From Pseudomonas aeruginosa PAO1 (lineage in GTDB: Bacteria > Pseudomonadota > Gammaproteobacteria > Pseudomonadales > Pseudomonadaceae), in NCBI RefSeq assembly GCF_000006765.1, contig NC_002516.2: 64,000 nucleotides of DNA. The stretch is one strand, 5' to 3'. The position numbers were made by a program, and so were the translations under genes. Each line of letters starts with the position of its first letter. The stretch's first letter is position 1. This document shows positions 58,501 through 64,000 of this stretch, in pieces. The notes under the pieces were generated by a model. That model searched no databases. It was not told the origin of the DNA and was given only the letters and a program-made list of their open reading frames with translations.

Positions 58501-58569
58501 CTGCTCACGCTGATCTTCCTGCCGGCGCTGTACGTCGCCTGGTACCGGATTCCGGAACCGGGACGCTGA
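55522..58569 (+). CDS. triC: RND efflux transporter TriC
   Basis: 1015 aa, GLLVDDAMI and RTRPILLT; two MFP genes upstream. Confidence 0.94.
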   Translation: MKGGFNLSDWALRHQSLVWYLMAVSLVMGVFSYLNLGREEDPSFAIKTMVIQTRWPGATVDDTLEQVTDRIEKKLEELDSLDYVKSYTRPGESTVFVYLKDTTKAGDIPDIWYQVRKKISDIQGEFPQGIQGPGFNDEFGDVFGSVYAFTADGLDFRQLRDYVEKVRLDIRSVKDLGKVQMIGAQNEVIYLNFSTRKLAALGLDQRQVVQSLQAQNAVTPSGVVEAGPERISVRTSGNFRSEKDLQAVNLRVNDRFYRLSDLASISRDFVDPPTSLFRYKGEPAIGLAVAMKEGGNILEFGEALNARMQEITGELPVGVGVHQVSNQAQVVKKAVGGFTRALFEAVVIVLIVSFVSLGLRAGLVVACSIPLVLAMVFVFMEYTDITMQRVSLGALIIALGLLVDDAMITVEMMITRLELGDSLHDSATYAYTSTAFPMLTGTLVTVAGFVPIGLNASSAGEYTFTLFAVIAVALLLSWIVAVLFAPVIAVHILPKTLKHKSEQKKGRIAERFDSLLHLAMRRRWTTIFLTALLFGVSLFLMKFVQHQFFPSSDRPELLVDLNLPQNSSIHETRAVMDRLEATLKDDEDIDHWSAYVGEGAIRFYLPLDQQLQNNFYGQLVIVTKDLEARERVAARLRDRLRKDYVGISTYVQPLEMGPPVGRPIQYRVSGPQIDKVREYAMGLAGVLDGNPNIGDIVYDWNEPGKMLKIDIAQDKARQLGLSSEDVAQIMNSVVTGSAVTQVRDDIYLVNVIGRAEDSERGSLETLESLQIVTPSGTSIPLKAFAKVSYELEQPLVWRRDRKPTITVKASLRGEIQPTDLVARLAPEVKRFADGLPANYRIEVGGTVEESGKAEGPIAKVVPLMLFLMATFLMIQLQSVQKLFLVASVAPLGLIGVVAALLPTGTPMGFVAILGILALIGIIIRNSVILVTQIDAFEKDGKTPWEAVLEATHHRTRPILLTAAAASLGMIPIAREVFWGPMAYAMIGGIVAATLLTLIFLPALYVAWYRIPEPGR

Positions 58570-58767
58570 GCGCGGCGTAAGGGGAAGGGGGCGCCGCCGT
58601 AGCAGAGTCTGTGCGGGGGGAAGGAGAGCGGACGGCGGGTGGGCCATCCGCCCCGACGCCGGGCAGGGTATGCCCGGCGTTGCTACGGCGACGGCGGCCA
58701 GTATAGGCAGCCCGGCGTCAGGGAAAATCCGACCAATTTACGAATCTGTTTTGCAACCGAGGTAATA

Positions 58768-59706
58768 GTGGACACATTGCAAGGCATGCGCGTGTTCGCC
58801 AGGGTGGTGGACAGCGGCAGCTTCACTTCCGCCGCCCAGGCCCTGGACCTGTCCACCGCGCAGGTATCGCGGCTGATCTCCGACCTGGAGGCGCACCTGC
58901 AGACGCGCCTGCTGCACCGCACCACCCGGCGCCTGGCCCTGACCGAAGCCGGCGAGCGTTACCTGGAACGGTGCCGCGGGATCCTCGAGGACATCGAGGT
59001 CGCCGAGGCCGAAGCCGCCGGCGCGCACATCCGCCCCTGCGGCCGCTTGCGCGTGCAGTCGCTGATGGGCATGGGCCAGCATCACCTGGTGCCGATGATC
59101 GCCCGCTACGGCGCACTGTTCCCCGACGTGGTGATCGAGCTGACCCTGTCCCAGCGCAACCCGGACATGCTCGAGGAAGGCCAGGATGTGCTGATCACCG
59201 GCGAGCGCCAGTTGCCCGACTCGGAGTTCGTCGCCCAGCGCCTGGGCAGCATCCACAGCGTGCTCTGCGCCAGTCCCGGCTACCTGCAGCAGCACGGCGT
59301 GCCACGCTCGGTGGACGACCTGGAGCGCCACGTCTGCCTGCGCCTGCAGGACCCGGCCTACCCGGAGGGCTGGATCTTCGCCGACGAGCAGGGCGAGCGC
59401 ACCGTCAGCCCGCAGAACACCTTCATGGTCAATGTCGCCGAGGTCATGGCCCAGGCGGCCAAGGCCGACCTCGGCATCGCCCTGCTGCCCAGCTACGTGG
59501 CGGCCGCGGCGCTGCGCAACGGCGAGCTGCTACGGGTGTTGCCCGGCCATGCCATGCACCAGCGGACCATCTATGCGCTGTATCCCTCGCGGCGTTACCT
59601 GGACGCGAAGATCCGCACCTGGGTCGATCTGTTGCAACAGGAACTTCCCCAGGCATTCGCCCGCGACGAAACTACCATGCAAAGTTCAAGTTACTGTGCA
59701 CAGTGA
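58768..59706 (+). CDS. LysR family transcriptional regulator
   Basis: GTG start after GAGG; FARVVDSGSFTSAAQAL...LLHRTTRRLALTEAG. Confidence 0.92.
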   Translation: MDTLQGMRVFARVVDSGSFTSAAQALDLSTAQVSRLISDLEAHLQTRLLHRTTRRLALTEAGERYLERCRGILEDIEVAEAEAAGAHIRPCGRLRVQSLMGMGQHHLVPMIARYGALFPDVVIELTLSQRNPDMLEEGQDVLITGERQLPDSEFVAQRLGSIHSVLCASPGYLQQHGVPRSVDDLERHVCLRLQDPAYPEGWIFADEQGERTVSPQNTFMVNVAEVMAQAAKADLGIALLPSYVAAAALRNGELLRVLPGHAMHQRTIYALYPSRRYLDAKIRTWVDLLQQELPQAFARDETTMQSSSYCAQ

Positions 59707-59821
59707 AGGATTGTTGTTATTGAGGTAATACTCTCTCGTCTGTTTGGCTATTTTTCCGAGCATGGCGGTTAACTAATATGGCGCCTGTCCCAAGTGAACA
59801 GGGTGTCATCGGAGACCCGCC

Positions 59822-60007
59822 ATGAATCGCCAGATCCTTGCTGCCGCCATACTCAGTTTGTTTTCCCTCGCATTTTCCCAGGCCGGTTTCGCCGAAGAGT
59901 CCTCGCTGATGACCAACCGCATGGTCGACGCCAACCAGCAGGCCATCGAGCACCAGCAGGAACTTTCCGCCTCCGCCGCGCAGGCCGGGGCCCGCAGCGA
60001 CTCCTGA
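59822..60007 (+). CDS. Small secreted/periplasmic protein (61 aa)
   Basis: GGAG RBS, Sec signal ending AGFA, and a downstream terminator. Confidence 0.72.
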   Translation: MNRQILAAAILSLFSLAFSQAGFAEESSLMTNRMVDANQQAIEHQQELSASAAQAGARSDS

Positions 60008-60083
60008 TCTAGCGCATGGCGCCAGCCGCGCCATGGCTTCCCCCGGGTACTCGGGAAGCGTGAGCCTGGGTACCCTGTCCTTG

Positions 60084-60112
60084 CGCCGCATATGATATGC
60101 GGCGTTTTTTTT
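60084..60112 (+). terminator. Intrinsic terminator
   Basis: CGCCGCATA-TGA-TATGCGGCG followed by T8. Confidence 0.85.
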
Positions 60113-60271
60113 GCCTTCCTGACCGCTCGGACAATTCTTGCAGAATATGTAAAAGACTTTCGTTGGATATCGGGTTTTTCCGATAGTGGCAAAAAAATAT
60201 AATCGCGCCAGCTCAATGGATAATTGTCGCTGGCTGTCGACGATATTCGTTCTGTCTTCATCGATCTCGCC

Positions 60272-60439
60272 ATGCAAGAGCGGGACGTGGAAAGCCTAAA
60301 GCCCGATGAGTCGAAGAGACTTTCAATAGAAGAGTCCGACTGCGTTTCAGCCGGTTTCCAGTGTCCGGAAATACACTGGCAAGACTTCCCGACGCCGAAC
60401 TTTGATTGCTCCTATTCGACGTCTTCTCAAGGCCGCTGA
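60272..60439 (+). CDS. Possible small ORF (or sRNA) of unknown function
   Basis: Short ORF with lower GC and atypical composition, between an AT-rich promoter-like tract and a terminator. No clear RBS. Confidence 0.35.
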   Translation: MQERDVESLKPDESKRLSIEESDCVSAGFQCPEIHWQDFPTPNFDCSYSTSSQGR

Positions 60440-60458
60440 TACCAGCGGCCTTTTTTTT
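60431..60458 (+). terminator. Intrinsic terminator upstream of opdC
   Basis: GGCCGCTG-ATAC-CAGCGGCC followed by T8. Confidence 0.85.
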
Positions 60459-60593
60459 CGGGTTGCGCCCGGCTGGGCGCCCCATGGGAGCGATCGCCCG
60501 CGCGACGCCAGCAGAAGCGTCGCCGGGAACGACACCACAACACGCTTTCCGGCCTTGCCGGATTTCACCACGCTGTAAGAAGGAGCAACCGCA

Positions 60594-61928
60594 ATGAGGA
60601 ATCTGTTCGCCTTGACGCCGATGGCGCTGGCGCTGTGCACCGCGTCCGCCGCCTGGGCCGATGAGGGGGAAGCCAAAGAAGGCTTCATCGAAGGCTCCAG
60701 CCTCCAATTGCTGACCCGCAACTACTACTTCAACCATGACCGCCGGCACGCTTCCGGGCACGACAGCAAGGAATGGGCGCAAGGCTTCATCGCCACCTTT
60801 CAGTCCGGCTACACGCCCGGCGTGGTCGGCTTCGGCGTCGACGCCTACGGCATGCTCGGGCTGAAGCTCGACGGCGGCGGCGGTACCGGCGGCACCAGCA
60901 TCCTGCCGATCACCTCGCCGAGCAAGGAAGGCTACGAATCCGGCAAGGCGCCCGATGAGTTCTCCAGTGGCGGGGCGGCGCTGAAGATCCGCGCCTTCGA
61001 CACCGAGCTGAAGCTGGGCGACCAGTTCCTCAGCAACCCGGTGGTCGCCGGCGGCGAGTCGCGCATGCTGCCGCAGACCTTCCGCGGTGTGAGCCTGACC
61101 AACAACAGTTTCGAGGACCTGACCCTCACGGCTGGCCAGGTCAGTTTCACCAAGTACTACAACCAGAGTGGCCACCGTCGCCTCGGCTCGTACTACGGCG
61201 AACTGCCGGGCGACCGCGACAGCCATCATCTCAGCTGGCTGGGCGGCACCTGGGGCGGCATCGAGGGCTTCACCAGCAGCCTGTACGCCGCCGAACTGCA
61301 GAACGTCTGGAAGCAGTACTACGCCGACGTCGACTACACCTACGAGATCGACGACAACTGGTCGCTGAACCCCGGCGCGCACTACTACAAGACCGTCGAC
61401 AGCGGCGACTCGTTGCTCGGCCGGATCGACAACAACACCTACAGCCTGCATTTCGCGGTCGGCTACAGGCAGCACACCGTCACCGCGGTGCTGCAGAAGG
61501 TCAACGGCAACACGCCGTTCGACTACATCAACCAGGGCGACAGCATCTTCCTCGACAACTCGCAGCAGTATTCCGACTTCAACGGTCCCAACGAGAAGTC
61601 CTGGAAGCTGCAATACGACTACGACTTCGTCGCCCTCGGCCTACCCGGCCTGAGCGCCTCGGCCTCGTACTCGCGCGGCAAGCTGGACCTGACCCGGGTC
61701 GATCCGGACAGCCCCGGCTACGGCGGCTGGTACAGCGCCGACGGCAAGAACGCCAAGCACTGGGAACGCGACCTCGACCTGCAGTACGTGGTCCAGGGCG
61801 GTCCGGCCAAGGACCTCTCGCTGCGCCTGCGCTGGGCCACCCACCGCGGCACCGGCGGCTACAGCGCGGTGGACAATGACATCGACGAATACCGGGTGAT
61901 CGTCGACTATCCCATCGACGTGTTCTGA
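60594..61928 (+). CDS. opdC: OprD family porin (OpdC, histidine)
   Basis: [38 protein letters not shown] and EYRVIVDYP motifs. Confidence 0.88.
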   Translation: MRNLFALTPMALALCTASAAWADEGEAKEGFIEGSSLQLLTRNYYFNHDRRHASGHDSKEWAQGFIATFQSGYTPGVVGFGVDAYGMLGLKLDGGGGTGGTSILPITSPSKEGYESGKAPDEFSSGGAALKIRAFDTELKLGDQFLSNPVVAGGESRMLPQTFRGVSLTNNSFEDLTLTAGQVSFTKYYNQSGHRRLGSYYGELPGDRDSHHLSWLGGTWGGIEGFTSSLYAAELQNVWKQYYADVDYTYEIDDNWSLNPGAHYYKTVDSGDSLLGRIDNNTYSLHFAVGYRQHTVTAVLQKVNGNTPFDYINQGDSIFLDNSQQYSDFNGPNEKSWKLQYDYDFVALGLPGLSASASYSRGKLDLTRVDPDSPGYGGWYSADGKNAKHWERDLDLQYVVQGGPAKDLSLRLRWATHRGTGGYSAVDNDIDEYRVIVDYPIDVF

Positions 61929-61956
61929 GCCCCGCGCGCTGGGCCCTTCGCCGGGC

Positions 61957-62754
61957 TCAGCGCTGGCGGAACAGTTCGCCGGGAGTGAAGCCGAAGAGTC
62001 CCTTGAAGGCGGCGATATAGGCCGAGGTCGAGTCGTAGCCGCTGTCCAGGGCGGCGCCGGTGACGCTGTCGCCGGCCTCCAGCGCGTTGAGCGAGGCGAG
62101 CAGGCGCTGGCGTTGGCGCCAGAGCCGGTAGTTCATCCCGGTCTCGCGCTGGAACAGGCGCGACAGGGTCTTTTCCGAGGTGCCCAGGCGCTGCGCCCAG
62201 TCGCCCATGGTCAGGCTCTGGGTCGGTTCGTCGATCAGTGCCTGGCACAGCCGCAGCAGGCGCGGCTCGCGCGGCATCGGCAGGGAGAAGGCGACCTCCG
62301 GCAGCAGCCGCAACTGGTCCAGCAGCACCTGCACCAGCCGCGATTCGGCGCTGTCGCCCTCCGGGTAGTCCACCGGCAACTCGCAGAAACTCTTGATCAG
62401 CTCGCGCGCCAGCGGCGTCACCTCCAGCACCCGGCAACGCGTCGGCGCCCAGGCGCAGGCGTCGCCACGGATGTACAGGCTGCGCATCTCGGCGCGGGTG
62501 GAGGTGACCACCTCGTGTTCCAGTTGCGCCGGAATCCAGATCGCCCGCTGCGGCGGGGCGAAGAAGCTGCCCTCGGCGGTATGTACGCCGAGCACGCCGC
62601 TGATGGCGTAGGAAAGCTGTACCCAGGCGTGCCGGTGGCGCGAGGTCCAAGAGCCGGCGCGCAGGCTTTCGGCGCGCGCGTAGACCGGCCGTGGCAGGCG
62701 GGCGAGGGTGGGAATCGGGCGGTGCAGTTCCGCAGGCTGTCCGTTCATCGTCAT
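61957..62754 (-). CDS. AraC family regulator with cupin sensor domain
   Basis: HRHAWVQLSYA and C-terminal HTH (SEKTLSRLFQRETG; GYDSTSAYIAAFK). Confidence 0.92.
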   Translation of the reverse strand: MTMNGQPAELHRPIPTLARLPRPVYARAESLRAGSWTSRHRHAWVQLSYAISGVLGVHTAEGSFFAPPQRAIWIPAQLEHEVVTSTRAEMRSLYIRGDACAWAPTRCRVLEVTPLARELIKSFCELPVDYPEGDSAESRLVQVLLDQLRLLPEVAFSLPMPREPRLLRLCQALIDEPTQSLTMGDWAQRLGTSEKTLSRLFQRETGMNYRLWRQRQRLLASLNALEAGDSVTGAALDSGYDSTSAYIAAFKGLFGFTPGELFRQR

Positions 62755-62831
62755 GACTTGGCGTCGTGTCGCTAGTCGGCAGAGTCTGGCAGGGCTAACC
62801 TGCCGCCTCAAGTTTCCCGGAGCCCACGCCG

Positions 62832-64000
62832 ATGCTCGACTTCTCCGCCCACGCGCTTCCCTACGCCTCGCAACGTTCGCCGGTCCATGCCCGCCGCGGC
62901 ATGGTCGCCACCTCGCAGCCGCAGGCGGCGCAGGTCGGGCTGGAGATATTGCGCCGTGGCGGCAATGCCATCGACGCGGCGATCGCCACCGCCGCCGCGC
63001 TGACGGTGGTCGAGCCGACCGGCTGCGGGATTGGCGGCGATGCCTTCGCCCTGGTCTGGACCCGCGGACGCCTGCACGGCCTGGACGCCAGCGGGCGCGC
63101 GCCGGGCCTGCTCGATCGCGAGCGGGTGCGCGCCGCCGGCCACGAGCGGATGCCGCTGTACGGCTGGACGCCGGTCACCGTGCCGGGCTGTCCGGCGGCC
63201 TGGGGCGAACTGTCGCGGCGCTTCGGCAAATTGCCGTTCGAACAACTGCTGCGGCCGGCGATCGAGCTGGCTCGCGATGGCTTTCCGGTCTCGCCGGTGA
63301 TCGCCCGCCTGTGGCAGAGCGGCCTGGACAAGTTCCGCGCGGCGTTGCCGCAGCGGCCCGAGCTACGGGCCTGGTTCGACGAGTTCCTCATCGACGGCCG
63401 GGCGCCGCGCGCCGGCGAGGTGTTCCGCCAGCCGGGCCAGGCCGACACCCTGGACGAGCTGGCGCGCAGCCAGTGCGAAAGCTTCTATCGCGGCGAGCTG
63501 GCCAGGGCCATCGTCGGCCACGCCGAGTGCAGCGGCGGCTACCTGCGCGCGGAGGACCTGGCCGGCTACCAGGCGAAGTGGGTCGAACCGATCTCGCTGA
63601 ACTACCGTGGCTATGACGTCTGGGAGATTCCGCCGAGCGGCCAGGGCCTGATCGCCCTGATGACCCTGAACATCCTCAAGGGCTTCGAATTCGGCGAGCG
63701 CGACTGCGCGCGGACCTGGCATCGCCAACTGGAGGCGATGAAGCTGGCGTACGTCGACGGGCTGCACTACATCAGCCAGCCGCAGTCGATGCGGGTCTCG
63801 GTCGAGGAACTGCTGCACGAGGACTACGCCGCCAGCCGCCGTGCGCTGATCGGCGAGCGCGCGCTCGATCCCAGCCCCGGCCAGCCGAGGCCGGGCGGCA
63901 CGGTGTACCTGGCCTGTGGCGACGAGGAGGGCAACCTGGTCTCGTTCATCCAGAGCAACTACCACGGCTTCGGCTCCGGCGTGGTGGTGCCCGGCACCGG
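62832..64000 (+). CDS. Gamma-glutamyltransferase family protein (3' end beyond window)
   Basis: The frame from ATG 62832 is open to the window end, so it is absent from the ORF track. Motifs: GMVATSQPQAAQVG, GGNAIDAAIA, GIGGDAF, VPGCPAAW, EIPPSGQG, GTVYL...SFIQSNYHGFGSG. Confidence 0.92.
   Translation, partial: MLDFSAHALPYASQRSPVHARRGMVATSQPQAAQVGLEILRRGGNAIDAAIATAAALTVVEPTGCGIGGDAFALVWTRGRLHGLDASGRAPGLLDRERVRAAGHERMPLYGWTPVTVPGCPAAWGELSRRFGKLPFEQLLRPAIELARDGFPVSPVIARLWQSGLDKFRAALPQRPELRAWFDEFLIDGRAPRAGEVFRQPGQADTLDELARSQCESFYRGELARAIVGHAECSGGYLRAEDLAGYQAKWVEPISLNYRGYDVWEIPPSGQGLIALMTLNILKGFEFGERDCARTWHRQLEAMKLAYVDGLHYISQPQSMRVSVEELLHEDYAASRRALIGERALDPSPGQPRPGGTVYLACGDEEGNLVSFIQSNYHGFGSGVVVPGT

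Overview
A 64-kb, ~66% GC core-chromosome window of Pseudomonas aeruginosa. From memory, the gene order matches PAO1 PA0102-PA0164; this was not checked by search. It carries a beta-carbonic anhydrase/SulP pair, the aa3-type cytochrome c oxidase cluster (coxBA-ctaG-coxC plus assembly genes and senC), small regulator/enzyme modules, rahU, a ParDE toxin-antitoxin pair, the beta-alanine bau genes, a purine (deoxy)nucleoside scavenging cluster interrupted by ahpCF and ppk2, an ECF/FecR/TonB-receptor signalling module, pcaQHG/pcaR, triABC, opdC and a gamma-glutamyltransferase running off the end. I saw no rRNA, tRNA, CRISPR array, integrase or transposase. The most striking unexplained signal is the ~1.2-kb guaD/ABC-operon intergenic region (29235-30416). 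It holds five co-oriented DnaA-box consensus matches (three perfect TGTGGATAA), each heading an 11-12-bp-phased array of degenerate boxes, and no obvious AT-rich unwinding element, which makes it a candidate datA/DARS/DBC-like replication-control locus. Other leads are near-identical sigma-54 promoters on the two separated halves of a purine ABC transporter, apparently exported nucleoside-cleaving enzymes (one Sec, one Tat), and several candidate operators.
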